Shown: positions 28,418 to 38,235 of the stretch, piece by piece
Position numbering within the stretch: position 1 is the stretch's first letter
Layout of the letters: each line of letters begins with the position of its first letter
Assembly (NCBI GenBank): GCA_035248365.1
Contig: DATFHN010000109.1
Coordinates: 8,682 to 72,681, forward strand
Reading direction: 5' to 3'
Length of the DNA stretch: 64,000 nt
Source of the DNA: Pseudonocardiaceae bacterium
GTDB lineage: Bacteria; Actinomycetota; Actinomycetes; Mycobacteriales; Pseudonocardiaceae
Program-made: the position numbers and the translations under genes
Notes under the pieces: model-generated
What the model was told of the DNA's origin: nothing
What the model saw: the letters and a program-made list of their open reading frames with translations, nothing else
Database searches by the model: none

Positions 28418-30243
28418 CGCCGGTCTCCGCGCCGGACGATCTTGCTGATCGCGTCCGGGATGATGTGGCCGGGGCTGGCCGAGAAGGACGACTCGTCCAG
28501 CATGTCCCGGACCATCTGCATCGCGATGCGGTTGCGGTTCGGGGTGCCCTCGCGCAGGGCGGCGGCGAGTTTGGTCAGCTGATCCTTCTTGACCTTGGCC
28601 GGGATCGGCGGTTCGTGTTCGTCCACAACGCACTCGATGATCGCCGGGCCGTCCCAGGACATCGCCTCGCCGAGTTGTTCCCGGCAGCGGGCCGGGTCCT
28701 CGATCCGCACCCCGCGCGCCCCGCAGGCCTGCGCGAACTGGACGAAGTCCATCGGCGCCATGTTCACGCCGTACTCGGGATTGCCCAGGAACACCATCTG
28801 CTCCCACTTGATCAGGCCGAGCGTGTTGTTCTTGATCACCACGACCTTGATCGGCAGGTTGTGCTGCACGCAGGTGAGGAAATCGCCCAGCTGCATGGTC
28901 AGCGAGCCGTCGCCGGTGAACACCACCACCTGGCGGCCGGGGAACGCGGTCTGCGCGCCGATCGCGTAGGGCAGCCCGGCGGCCATCGAACAGTTGGTGC
29001 CGCTGAAGCTGAAGCGCTGCTCGCCGCGCAGTTTGATCAGCCGGGCGGCCCAGGTGGTCACCGTGCCGGAGTCGCCGCAGACGATCGCGTCGTCGGTCAG
29101 CACCTCGTTGAGCAGCCAGGCCGGTACCTGCGGTTTCATCGGCACGTCGGGGCGGGTGCCGCGCAGTTCCATCAGGTCCCACCAGTCCCGCATGCCCTCC
29201 TGCGCCTGCTCCAGGAACGCGCGATCGTCGTTGCGGGGCAGCAACGGCAGCAGTTCGCGCAAGGTGGCCCGGGCGTCGCCGCACAGACCGACGTCGACCG
29301 GGTGGCGCAGGCCGATCCGTTCCGGCCGGTCGTCGATCTGCACACAGGTGACCTGGCCCGGCTGCGGGTAGTACTCGGTGTAGAGCATGCTGCTGCCCAC
29401 GATCAGCAGCGCGTCGCAGCCGTCCAGCGCCTCCTCGCTCGGCCTGCTGCCGACCAGCGCGATCGGTCCGGTCGTGTAGGGACTGTCGTCGGGGACACAG
29501 TCCTTGCCCAGCTGCGCCTTGATGATCGGCGCGCCGAGCTGCTCGGCCACCTGCTCCAGTTCGGCCCGGGCGCCGCGCGCACCGGCACCGGCCAGGATCG
29601 CGACCCGGGTTTTGCCGGTCAGCGCGTCCGCGGCCTGGCGCAGCAGGTCCGGTTCGGGGACCCGGATCGGCGGCTGGAAACGGGCGCTGGTGTGGCCGGG
29701 CACGTTGCGCTGGAACCGGGTGCCGGAGTCGGCCGCGGCGGCCTGGAAGTCGATCGGGAAGGCCAGGTGCGCGGGACCGCGCTGGGTCAGCGCGGTGCGG
29801 CAGGCCAGATCGACCACGTTGACAACGTGCTGCGGGCCCATGATCCGCTGGTTGTAGACGGCGATGTCGTTCATCAGGTAGTCGATGTTGATGTCCTGCA
29901 GGTACGCGGTGCCGATCAGGTCGTGGTAGGTCATGCCGGTGATGGCCAGCACCGGCGCCTGTTCCACCTTCGCGTCCAGCAGGCCGTTGACCAGGTGCGC
30001 GGCGCCAGGGCCCGCGGTCGAGAAGCAGACGCCGAGCTTGCCGGTGAACTTCGCGTAGCCGACCGCGGCCATGGCCGCGACCTCCTCGTGCCGCACGTGC
30101 ACGTAGGTGATCCGGTCGCGGTGTTTGCGCAGGGCTTCCATCAGTCCGTTGATGCCGTCGCCGGGCAGGCCGAACACGGTGTCGACGCCCCACTCCAGCA
30201 GCCGCTCGACCAGGGTGTCCGATGCGGTGCGATCCTCGCTCAT
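28414..30243 (-). CDS. poxB: ThDP-dependent pyruvate oxidase/dehydrogenase (PoxB-like)
   Basis: 'FGLPGDGIN', 'VRHEE', 'GDGSLTM...NN' ThDP motif. Confidence 0.8.
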   Translation of the reverse strand: MSEDRTASDTLVERLLEWGVDTVFGLPGDGINGLMEALRKHRDRITYVHVRHEEVAAMAAVGYAKFTGKLGVCFSTAGPGAAHLVNGLLDAKVEQAPVLAITGMTYHDLIGTAYLQDINIDYLMNDIAVYNQRIMGPQHVVNVVDLACRTALTQRGPAHLAFPIDFQAAAADSGTRFQRNVPGHTSARFQPPIRVPEPDLLRQAADALTGKTRVAILAGAGARGARAELEQVAEQLGAPIIKAQLGKDCVPDDSPYTTGPIALVGSRPSEEALDGCDALLIVGSSMLYTEYYPQPGQVTCVQIDDRPERIGLRHPVDVGLCGDARATLRELLPLLPRNDDRAFLEQAQEGMRDWWDLMELRGTRPDVPMKPQVPAWLLNEVLTDDAIVCGDSGTVTTWAARLIKLRGEQRFSFSGTNCSMAAGLPYAIGAQTAFPGRQVVVFTGDGSLTMQLGDFLTCVQHNLPIKVVVIKNNTLGLIKWEQMVFLGNPEYGVNMAPMDFVQFAQACGARGVRIEDPARCREQLGEAMSWDGPAIIECVVDEHEPPIPAKVKKDQLTKLAAALREGTPNRNRIAMQMVRDMLDESSFSASPGHIIPDAISKIVRRGDRR

Positions 30244-33122
30244 CAGATCGTCCTTTCGCTTGCACGCTCGGGATCGGGTTGCCGGGCCAGCGCCAGCACC
30301 TGGGCCAGATGCAGCGGTCGGCGTCGCGTGGCCTGGGCGATCTGCTCCCGGCAGCTGAACCCGTCGGCGATGATCAGCGTGTCGCGATCCGCCGCGCGCA
30401 CGGCGGGCAGCAGCACCCGCTCGCCCGCGGCCAGCGACACCCGGTGCTTCTCGCCGTTCTCGAAGCCGAAACTGCCCGCCATGCCGCAACAACCGGAATC
30501 CGGGTACTCGGCACGGACCCCCATGCCGTCCAGCAGGTGGCGCTCGCAGGCCGGATCGAGGACCGCGCCGTCGTGGCAGTGCGTCTGGACCAGCGCCTGC
30601 CGGTCCAGCCGGGGCGGCTGGTAGTCGTTGCGGGCCAGCAGTTCCGCGAAGGTCACGGTCGCGGTGGCGAGCCTGCGGGCGTCCTCGTCACCGGGCAGCA
30701 GGTTGGTCAGCTCGTCCCGGAACACGGCGGCACAGCTCGGTTCCAGCCCCACCACCGGAATTCCGGCCGACACCGGCTCACGCAGTTCGCGGACGATCGC
30801 GCGCAGCCAGCGCTTGGCCGTCGGCAGCATGCCGTAGTCGAACAGCGGTCGGCCACAGCAGAAGACCCGGTCCGGGATCCGCACCGCGAACCCCGCCGAC
30901 TCCAGCACGCCGACGGCGGCGATGGCGACCTCGGGATCGAAGTAGTTGGTGAAGGTGTCCGGCCACAACAGCACCGGTTTCCCGTCCGGCGGTGCCGGGT
31001 GCCCGGCGAACCAGGACCGGAAGGTGCGGTGCGCGAACCGCGGCGCCTCCCGTTCGGTCGCCACACCGGCGAAGGACTTGAGCGCCGGGCCGAGACCGGG
31101 GGTGCGCAACGCGGTGTTCACCAGGCCGGGTGCGTGGCTGGCCAGTCGCGCCCACACCGGGATCAGGCCGAGCGCGTAGGCGGCGCGCGGGCGCAACCGG
31201 TGTGCGTAGTAGTGCGCGAGGAACTCGGCTTTGTAGGTGGCCATGTCCACATTGACCGGACAGTCGCCCTTGCAGCCCTTGCAGGACAGGCACAGATCCA
31301 GCGCCTGCTTGACATGCGGGTCGCGCCAGCCCGCGCCACCGGCCAGGTGCCCGCCCATCATCTCGAACAGCAGCCGGGCCCGTCCCCGGGTCGAATGCCG
31401 CTCCTCGCGGGTGACCATGAAGCTCGGGCACATGGTGCCGCCCGAGGTGTGCCTGCACTTGCCGATTCCGAAGCAGCGGTTGGTGGCGTCGGCGAAGCCG
31501 CGTTCGTCGTCGGGGTAGGCGAAGTGCGTGCGCACGCGGCGTGGCCGGTAGTCCGGTCCGAGCGCGAGGTTCTGGTCCGGCCGGTACGGGTGCACGACCT
31601 TGCCCGGGTTCATCCGGCCCGCCGGGTCCCAGATCGACTTGAACCGCCCGAACGCCTCGACCAGTTCCGGGCCGAACATCTTGCCCAGCTGATTCGCGCG
31701 CAACTGGCCGTCACCGTGTTCACCGGACAGCGATCCACCGTGCCGGACGACCAGATCCCCGGCCTCGTCCAGGAAGGTGCGGAAGTTCTCGATGCCGGGC
31801 TTGGTGGCCAGGTCGAGGTCGAGCCGGTTGTGCACGCAGCCCTGGCCGAAGTGTCCGAACAGGACGGTGTGGTAGCCGTGCCGTTCGACCAGGGCGCAAT
31901 AGTCGCGCAGATAGGCGCCGAGCCGTTCCGGGGCGACGGCCGCGTCCTCCCAGCCGGCCAGGCCGGCGTGCTCGCCGGGAATCCTGGTGTACTCGATGGT
32001 GCTGCGGCGCACCTCCCAGACGTCGGCCTGGTGCTGTTCGTCCTCCATCACCTTGGCGACGCCGGGCGCCTCGATCCGGGCCATGATCTGCTCGGCCTTG
32101 GCGTTGACCTCGTCCTGGGTGTCCCCGCCGTATTCGGCGAGCAGCCAGGCCCGGCCCTCGGGCAGTTCGTCCATGCCGGGAATGTGCTTGCCGTGCTTGG
32201 CCAGGTTGTCCAGCACGCCTGCGTCGAAGCACTCCAACCCGATCAGCAGCGGATCCCACAGCGGCGACATGTTGTCGGCGGCCGTCGCCGGGTCGGGATG
32301 ACCGATCACCACCAGCGCGTGGTGCGGCGGATCGGGCACCAGCCGCACGGTCGCCTCCAGCACCAGCACGCAGGTCGACTCGGTCCCGACCAGCGCCTTG
32401 GCCACGTCGAACCCGTTCTCTGGCAGCAGCGAGTCGAGGTTGTACCCGGAGACGCGGCGCGGGATGTCCGGGTAGCGCCCGCGGATCAGCGGCGCGTAGT
32501 GGTTGCGCAGCGCCAGCAGGTCCCGGTAGATCTCCCCGGCCCGGCCCTCGGGCCAGGTGCTCTCGTCGTCCTGGGCCTGGCCGACGGTCATTCGCGTGCC
32601 GTCGTAGGTCACCACGTCCAGCGACAGCACGTTGTCGACGGTTTTCCCGCCGAGGATGGAGTGCGTGCCGCACGAGTTGTTGCCGATCATTCCGCCGAGC
32701 GTGCAACGGTCGTGGGTGGCCGGGTCCGGTGCGAAGGTCAACCCGTGTTCGCCCGCGGCGGCCCGCAGCTCGTCGCAGATCACCCCTGGCTGCACCCGCG
32801 CCACCTGCCGGGCCGGGTCGATGTCCACAATGGAGTTCAGGTACTTGGAGAAGTCGAAGACCACCCCGGCGTTCACGGTCTGCCCGGCCAGGCCGGTGCC
32901 GCAGCCCCGGCCCAGCACGGCCACGTCGAACTTGCGGCAGACCGCGAGCGCGGCAACCACATCATCGGCGGTCTTGGGGAGCACGACGCCGATCGGCACC
33001 TGCCGGTAGATCGACGCGTCGTTGGCATACAGTGCGCGGCTGCCCTCGTCGAACCGCACTTCGCCGGTGACGACGTCGCGCAACTCGCGCGCCAGTCGCC
33101 CGCGATCCACCACCTCGTCCAC
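30243..33122 (-). CDS. FAD-binding/Fe-S oxidoreductase (D-lactate/2-hydroxyacid dehydrogenase, YdiJ-like)
   Basis: 'GGMIGNNSCG', 'SGEHGDG', 'CLSCKGCKGDCP', CCG domains. Confidence 0.88.
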   Translation of the reverse strand: MDEVVDRGRLARELRDVVTGEVRFDEGSRALYANDASIYRQVPIGVVLPKTADDVVAALAVCRKFDVAVLGRGCGTGLAGQTVNAGVVFDFSKYLNSIVDIDPARQVARVQPGVICDELRAAAGEHGLTFAPDPATHDRCTLGGMIGNNSCGTHSILGGKTVDNVLSLDVVTYDGTRMTVGQAQDDESTWPEGRAGEIYRDLLALRNHYAPLIRGRYPDIPRRVSGYNLDSLLPENGFDVAKALVGTESTCVLVLEATVRLVPDPPHHALVVIGHPDPATAADNMSPLWDPLLIGLECFDAGVLDNLAKHGKHIPGMDELPEGRAWLLAEYGGDTQDEVNAKAEQIMARIEAPGVAKVMEDEQHQADVWEVRRSTIEYTRIPGEHAGLAGWEDAAVAPERLGAYLRDYCALVERHGYHTVLFGHFGQGCVHNRLDLDLATKPGIENFRTFLDEAGDLVVRHGGSLSGEHGDGQLRANQLGKMFGPELVEAFGRFKSIWDPAGRMNPGKVVHPYRPDQNLALGPDYRPRRVRTHFAYPDDERGFADATNRCFGIGKCRHTSGGTMCPSFMVTREERHSTRGRARLLFEMMGGHLAGGAGWRDPHVKQALDLCLSCKGCKGDCPVNVDMATYKAEFLAHYYAHRLRPRAAYALGLIPVWARLASHAPGLVNTALRTPGLGPALKSFAGVATEREAPRFAHRTFRSWFAGHPAPPDGKPVLLWPDTFTNYFDPEVAIAAVGVLESAGFAVRIPDRVFCCGRPLFDYGMLPTAKRWLRAIVRELREPVSAGIPVVGLEPSCAAVFRDELTNLLPGDEDARRLATATVTFAELLARNDYQPPRLDRQALVQTHCHDGAVLDPACERHLLDGMGVRAEYPDSGCCGMAGSFGFENGEKHRVSLAAGERVLLPAVRAADRDTLIIADGFSCREQIAQATRRRPLHLAQVLALARQPDPERASERTI

Positions 33123-33146
33123 AACGCCTCCAACGGCCGGACTTGG

Positions 33147-33818
33147 TCACAACTGTTTGCGAACGCCGGGTTCCCGGGCCAGATCGGCGGTCTGATAGTC
33201 AAGGCGACCGGACACCGCACGTCGACTCTGACCGGTCCTGCCGATCGGCAGAATCGCCCGGCCCACGGTCGCTTCCAGTTCGAAGGCGAGCGCTCCGTAG
33301 GCGGCCAGCGCGGCGACCACGACGCCGGCGATCCCGGAAGCGTGCGCCCAGGCCGGCGATCCGGTCAGCTCGTAGCCGCCGCTGATCGCGAACCGGGCCG
33401 CCGCACCGGTCACCACCACGGCCAGCACCGCCTTGCCTGCCGCGCCTGCCGCCGGTACCAGCAGCGCACCCGCCGCGACGACGAGCACCACGCCCAGTCC
33501 GGCCGAGACCCGGCCCGGCGCGGTGACCAGAGTGGACACTCCGATGGCGGCCCAGGTTCCGCTCAGCACACCCATGCCGGCGCCGAAGGAGGGATCGCGG
33601 TCCAGCAGGCCGAGCACGCAGCCGAGCAGTTGCAGCGGCACCACGATGGCCAGCACCGCGATCGCGACCACATGCGAGTGGGTCGGCACGAACCACCGCG
33701 ACTGGACGGCCGAGAGCAACAGGCTGCCGATGAACAGGGCCAGCAGGCCAAGGGGCAGCGGCGAGCCGATCGGGCGCAGGACCACCCGGGCCGAGGTCGG
33801 ATGCGGGTCGGACCGCAT
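33147..33818 (-). CDS. GPR1/FUN34/YaaH (SatP-like) acetate channel
   Basis: 'GSPLPLGL' motif, about six TMs, C-terminus 'EPGVRKQL'. Confidence 0.7.
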   Translation of the reverse strand: MRSDPHPTSARVVLRPIGSPLPLGLLALFIGSLLLSAVQSRWFVPTHSHVVAIAVLAIVVPLQLLGCVLGLLDRDPSFGAGMGVLSGTWAAIGVSTLVTAPGRVSAGLGVVLVVAAGALLVPAAGAAGKAVLAVVVTGAAARFAISGGYELTGSPAWAHASGIAGVVVAALAAYGALAFELEATVGRAILPIGRTGQSRRAVSGRLDYQTADLAREPGVRKQL

Positions 33819-33915
33819 CACTGGCGGAGGATCGACGGCGCGGCGGATTGCACGAGATGGGGCATGGCGGGCTCCCTGACAGGAGAAGGAAGGTGAGTCG
33901 CGAACGCGACGGGAA

Positions 33916-34008
33916 TCAGGGAGCGTGCGGTGCCGCGCGGCGGATGTCCCTGGCGCGGACCCGATGGCCCCACCGGGCCCTGCGCGTCGCCGGATTGGAC
34001 ATCTTCAT
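33916..34008 (-). CDS. Unannotated 30-aa Arg-rich small ORF (MKMSNPATRRARWGHRVRARDIRRAAPHAP)
   Basis: ATG exactly 9 nt after GTAT-N15-GGGTAG (34018-34042). Confidence 0.45.
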   Translation of the reverse strand: MKMSNPATRRARWGHRVRARDIRRAAPHAP

Positions 34009-34050
34009 AATGCGCGTCTACCCGGGGGCCGACCGGTCATACCTGGTGGG

Positions 34051-34800
34051 CTACAGCAGTTCGCGGACGCCCGGCTCGTCCGGGCTCTCGCTCGACCCGG
34101 CCCGGACCGCGGCCGCGGCCTGGCCCCGGCGGCCGATCAGGGCCGCGCTCCCGCGCAGGTCCTCCACCAGCAGCGCGGTACCGGCGATCAGGGCCAGCCC
34201 GAGCAGCACGAGCGCGCCGATGCCGCTGGCCCGGTCTGTCCAGTGCGGGCCGCCCAGCTGGTAGGCGGCGGCGAGGCCGGAGCGGATCGCGGAGACGGCG
34301 AGCACCACCGACACCAGCACCTTGCCGAACGCGGCCGCGATGGCCAGCGGGATCAGCATCATGGTGAACGCGCCGAGCAGCATCCCGACCGTCCGCGACG
34401 TCTGGACCTCCGGGTTCAGTGCGGTGACGAGGCCAAGGCCCAGCCACATCGTGGTGTAGAGGCCGAGCGCCGCCGCGGTGGGCGTGTCTCTGGTCAGCAG
34501 CGCGAACACGGTGGCGATCAGCTCGATCGGGAAGACGAACGCGGCCATCAGGATGCCCGCGGTGCGCACGTCGGCCGCGGTGGACAGCCAGCCGAGCCCG
34601 ATGCCGGCCAGCAGCACCATGCCGACCGCGAAGGAGAAGAACCCGAGCGGCAACGGGTTGCCGTAGGGCCGGAGGGTGACCTGCCGCGCCGGTGCCTCCC
34701 GCTGCTCGTCGAGTTCGCGCAGGCTGCTGGTGAGCCAGGCCACGTAGTGCCGGGCGACCGCGTCCGGCATGGCCGTGGCCGGGTCGCCGCGGTCCGTCAC
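34051..34800 (-). CDS. GPR1/FUN34/YaaH (SatP-like) acetate channel, paralog
   Basis: 'GNPLPLGFFSFA', TMs, C-terminus 'EPGVRELL'. Confidence 0.75.
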   Translation of the reverse strand: MTDRGDPATAMPDAVARHYVAWLTSSLRELDEQREAPARQVTLRPYGNPLPLGFFSFAVGMVLLAGIGLGWLSTAADVRTAGILMAAFVFPIELIATVFALLTRDTPTAAALGLYTTMWLGLGLVTALNPEVQTSRTVGMLLGAFTMMLIPLAIAAAFGKVLVSVVLAVSAIRSGLAAAYQLGGPHWTDRASGIGALVLLGLALIAGTALLVEDLRGSAALIGRRGQAAAAVRAGSSESPDEPGVRELL

Positions 34801-35000
34801 GGCCTGCGCCAGTCGTCGGCGTCCAGGTGTGCACCGGCCTGCGTGACGGCGGCGACCGAGGTGGTGACTTCGCGGGCGGCTCCGGTGCGCCGCACCCGCA
34901 CGCCCGGCCGGACCTGGGTGCCCGGGTCGACGCCAGACCCGATGACGATCGCGGTCAGCGGCCGCCCTGGGTGTTCGGTTGTCATCTTCGCCGTGGTCAT
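34797..35000 (-). CDS. 67-aa hypothetical protein, possibly a collapsed FAD-oxidoreductase remnant
   Basis: GGAT-N15-GGGTAT-N9-ATG promoter; GTGA coupling to next gene; 'LTAIVIGSG' truncated dinucleotide-binding motif. Confidence 0.45.
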   Translation of the reverse strand: MTTAKMTTEHPGRPLTAIVIGSGVDPGTQVRPGVRVRRTGAAREVTTSVAAVTQAGAHLDADDWRRP

Positions 35001-35042
35001 GCTGCCCGCATACCCGATGCGATCGCGCTCATCCGGCACCGG

Positions 35043-35597
35043 TCAGCCGCGGGTGTCCTCCGGTCCGAGTGGAACGAGCCCGGTCATCGCGGAGTTGGCC
35101 AGCATGATGCCTGCCTTGCCGTCCGCGACGTGGCCGTGCTCGAACTCCGCCGCCGCCGAGCCGATCCAGCTCAGCACCGTGGCCAGGCCGCCGTGCGGAT
35201 CGGCCTCGACCAGCAGGTAGAGCGCGTACTCGATCGGGGCGATCGCGTCGACGAAGCGGTCGAGCAGATCGCGGGTGTCGATCATGGCCATCGGCGCGCG
35301 TTCGTCCACTTCGGTCATTCCGCCGGCCAGGGCGGCCAGCGCGGTGGCCAGGGTGTAGACGGCGTCGCGGCTCGGCCCGGGTTCCGGCTGGGTCGTCGCG
35401 TTCGCCACGATCAGCGCGGGATCGACCAGCGTCACCGCGCAGTCCGGCCGGACCACCGGTATCCAGGCCTCCTCGGTTTCCGGATCGGCGACGCTCGCCG
35501 CGATCACCACCGCCCGGCGGAATTGGCCGTCGTCGGAATCGGAGTCGTCCAGATACGTGATGATGCTGCCGCGGCCCGCCTGCGGCGTCTCGGTCAT
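35043..35597 (-). CDS. Hypothetical protein (paralog of 43573-44115)
   Basis: GGAGG RBS, GTAT-N15-GGGAAC promoter (35650-35674), similarity to the paralog. Confidence 0.75.
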   Translation of the reverse strand: MTETPQAGRGSIITYLDDSDSDDGQFRRAVVIAASVADPETEEAWIPVVRPDCAVTLVDPALIVANATTQPEPGPSRDAVYTLATALAALAGGMTEVDERAPMAMIDTRDLLDRFVDAIAPIEYALYLLVEADPHGGLATVLSWIGSAAAEFEHGHVADGKAGIMLANSAMTGLVPLGPEDTRG

Positions 35598-35688
35598 GGC
35601 CCGGGCCCTCCCTGGCTGGGGTGCTGCCATCGATGTCTTTCCCCGTTGTGTTCCCGCCCAGCCGGGGTTCATACGCGCTGAACAGCGG

Positions 35689-36210
35689 CTATTCGGGTAG
35701 ATCCTTGGCCGCGTCGTAGATCAGCTGCAGCGCGTCGGAGGCGGCGACCGCGGACAGGATCAGCTCGGCCGTTCTGGTCAGCCGGGGTGCCAGCGCGAGC
35801 CCGCCGACCAGGCCGGTGGCCATCCACACGGCCAGGCAGAACGGGCAGCTGATCATCTCGCCGACGACGTGCCGGGCGCCGTGCCCGCGCACGGACTCGT
35901 TGACTTCGCCGTCCCCGGCGGGATCCTCGTAGCGGGTGAACGCGGCGCGCACCGGGCTGAACACCGCGTCCTTGGCGATCAGCCTGCTCAGTTTGTGGGT
36001 GGCCACGAACAACAGCGCGGCGTCACCGAGCCCGACCTTGCCGGGCAGGCGTTTGCCGCGCAGCGCGCCGATTCCCGCCAGCGTCCCGGTGAACGCGCCG
36101 TAGCAGCCCAGCGCGACCGCGTATCCGCCGAGCGGCCGGTCGGCCCGGCCCTGGTAACCGCGTTTGATGCCCCGCGCCACCCTGCCGAGAGTGTTCTTCG
36201 TCGTCGTCAT
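35689..36210 (-). CDS. DUF1360 membrane protein
   Basis: 'ATHKLSRLIAKD', 'GEMISCPFCLAVW'. Confidence 0.85.
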   Translation of the reverse strand: MTTTKNTLGRVARGIKRGYQGRADRPLGGYAVALGCYGAFTGTLAGIGALRGKRLPGKVGLGDAALLFVATHKLSRLIAKDAVFSPVRAAFTRYEDPAGDGEVNESVRGHGARHVVGEMISCPFCLAVWMATGLVGGLALAPRLTRTAELILSAVAASDALQLIYDAAKDLPE

Positions 36211-36232
36211 GGGTCGGGTGCTCCTCCGTTCG

Positions 36233-36940
36233 TCAGCCGGCCGTGGGTAGGTCGTCGTCGTGCAGGCGGCGCAACAGTGCGGCGACGCCGTCGCGGGCGC
36301 GGCCGTGCTGGCGTGAACTGGTGTGCACGACCGGTTCGGTCGCGTAGATCCGGCGGAAGCCTGCCGCGCCAAGCCGTCGCCACAGGTCCCGGTCCTCCCC
36401 GGTCGCCAGCGGCGCGAACCCGCCGACCGCGGTGTAGGCGTCCGCGCGCACGCCGAGATTGGCCCCGTACACGTTGCCGCCCGCGTCGCGCACGCATGCG
36501 TAACGGGCGGCGACCGCGGCCGGGAGCGGCCCGGCCAGCTCGGCCACTCCGGCGATGCCATGCCAGCCCTGTTCGGCCAGCCGCAGGTGCGCGCGGGCCC
36601 AGTCCGGCTCGACCTCCGTGTCGGCATCGGTCGAGAGCAGCAGCGTATGCCCGCGCTCGTGCCCGCCCAGCATGGCCGCGACCCGGCGAAACCCGAGATC
36701 GCGGACCTCGCCGAGGGCGACGTCGCGCTCGTTGGCCAGCACCAGCGCGTTGCCCCAGCCGGCGAACTCGGTCCGGGCCAGGGCCGCGGTGTGGTCGGTG
36801 CAGCGATCCGCGACAACGCACACGGCGCGCTCGATGCGGGCAGGCAACTCGGCCAGCGCCACGCGCAACCGGCGCAGGCACGGGCCGATCAGCGCGGCCT
36901 CGTCCCGGGCTGGGATGGCCACCCCCACCGCGGCGATCAT
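36233..36940 (-). CDS. Glycosyltransferase family 2
   Basis: 'VAIPARDE', 'STDADT' DxD, 'GANLG', 'GED'. Confidence 0.88.
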   Translation of the reverse strand: MIAAVGVAIPARDEAALIGPCLRRLRVALAELPARIERAVCVVADRCTDHTAALARTEFAGWGNALVLANERDVALGEVRDLGFRRVAAMLGGHERGHTLLLSTDADTEVEPDWARAHLRLAEQGWHGIAGVAELAGPLPAAVAARYACVRDAGGNVYGANLGVRADAYTAVGGFAPLATGEDRDLWRRLGAAGFRRIYATEPVVHTSSRQHGRARDGVAALLRRLHDDDLPTAG

Positions 36941-38235
36941 CGCCGCGCCAGCACGTGCAGGACGAACTGCTCGTCGCGGTGGGCGACCAGCGGGCGCAGG
37001 TCCGGACAGGCCAGCAGGATCTCGTGCGTGCGCGCACCGTCCCTCGGCGCTTCTGGCGCCCAGGGCAGCCAGTGCACCGCGAGCAGGTGACCGTCCGGGC
37101 GCAGCGAGGCGACGGCGCGGTCGAGCGTGGCCCGCAGGTGCTCGTCGCCCAGGTAGTAGAGGATTTCGCTGAACACCAGCAGATCGGCGGGGCCGGGCGG
37201 AAGGTCTTCCGGGAGCGCGCCGGTCTGCACCGTCACGTTGGCCAGTTCGCTGGTTGCCGCGCGGGCCCTGCGGACCGCGTTGGGCGCGGGGTCGAACGCG
37301 ATCACCCGCTCGCAGCGGGCGGCGAGGGCTCGGGTGAGCACGCCGATACCGCAGGCGGGTTCCACGGCGAGGCCGTAGCGTTCGCGCGGCAGGCAGGCCA
37401 GGATGGCGGCGCGTTTGCGGCGCTCGTACCACCGCTCGGTCACCTGCCACGGATCGTGCTCGCGGTCATAGAGTTCGACGAACCGGCTGATCGGCGCGCC
37501 GGAACTGGGCGGCAGCCGGAACAGCACCTCGGCGTCGCGCTCGAAGTGGCCCAGCATCTCGGTGCTCAGGATCGGTTCCTCGCCGCGCGGTCCCGGTTTC
37601 AGCTGCGAGGCGAACGCGGCGATGCCCGCGGCCTTGCGGTGCCGCTCGCGTTCGGCGAGCCGGCAGGTCACCGCGTGCTCGCGCGGGATGGCCGGGTCGG
37701 CGGGTTCGCGCCAGTGCCACATCCACACCGGATAGCCGAAGCAGTGGGCGGCGACAGGTGCGACGCGCAGCGCGGTCTCGCCGACGATCTCGTGGTCCGG
37801 GTGCGGATCGCCGGGCCACGGCACGATGCACAGGTCCGCGCCGGCGAGCAGGTCGTCCAGTGCCGCCGCGAGTTCGTCGCGCCGGGCGGCCAGCCCGGAG
37901 TCGGGCAGGCCGAGCCAGTGCACCGCGACCGCGCCGAGTCCTTGCGCGTGCAGCGATTCGTAGAGTTCGCAGCGGCGCCGCCGACCCAGTTCGGTCCGTT
38001 CCTCGGCGCCCGCGTCCGGAAACGCGGCTTCGCCGTCGGTCGCGATGACCAGCGAGACCGCGACCCCGCGCTCGTGCAGGCGCTGCACCAGCCCGCTGGC
38101 GCCGAGCGTCTCGTCGTCGGGATGGGCGGCGACCACCACCGCCCTGCGGAAACGCTGTTCCGGGAACGGTTCGGCACCGGCCGAGACCAGCCAGTCCCGC
38201 CACGCCGCCTCCGGCGTGATCGCGTGCTCGCTCAT
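36937..38235 (-). CDS. PIG-L/LmbE deacetylase fused to NodS-like SAM methyltransferase
   Basis: 'AAHPDDETLG', 'DPHPDH', then 'WYERRKR', 'EPACGIG', 'SEILYY'. Confidence 0.9.
   Translation of the reverse strand: MSEHAITPEAAWRDWLVSAGAEPFPEQRFRRAVVVAAHPDDETLGASGLVQRLHERGVAVSLVIATDGEAAFPDAGAEERTELGRRRRCELYESLHAQGLGAVAVHWLGLPDSGLAARRDELAAALDDLLAGADLCIVPWPGDPHPDHEIVGETALRVAPVAAHCFGYPVWMWHWREPADPAIPREHAVTCRLAERERHRKAAGIAAFASQLKPGPRGEEPILSTEMLGHFERDAEVLFRLPPSSGAPISRFVELYDREHDPWQVTERWYERRKRAAILACLPRERYGLAVEPACGIGVLTRALAARCERVIAFDPAPNAVRRARAATSELANVTVQTGALPEDLPPGPADLLVFSEILYYLGDEHLRATLDRAVASLRPDGHLLAVHWLPWAPEAPRDGARTHEILLACPDLRPLVAHRDEQFVLHVLARR

Noticed and set aside
30222-33896. 1224-aa plus-strand ORF and other long antisense ORFs (e.g. 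14078-16816, 21828-24389, 50809-53640)
   Set aside because: Shadow frames of high-GC genes with no protein motifs; the opposite strand carries clear genes
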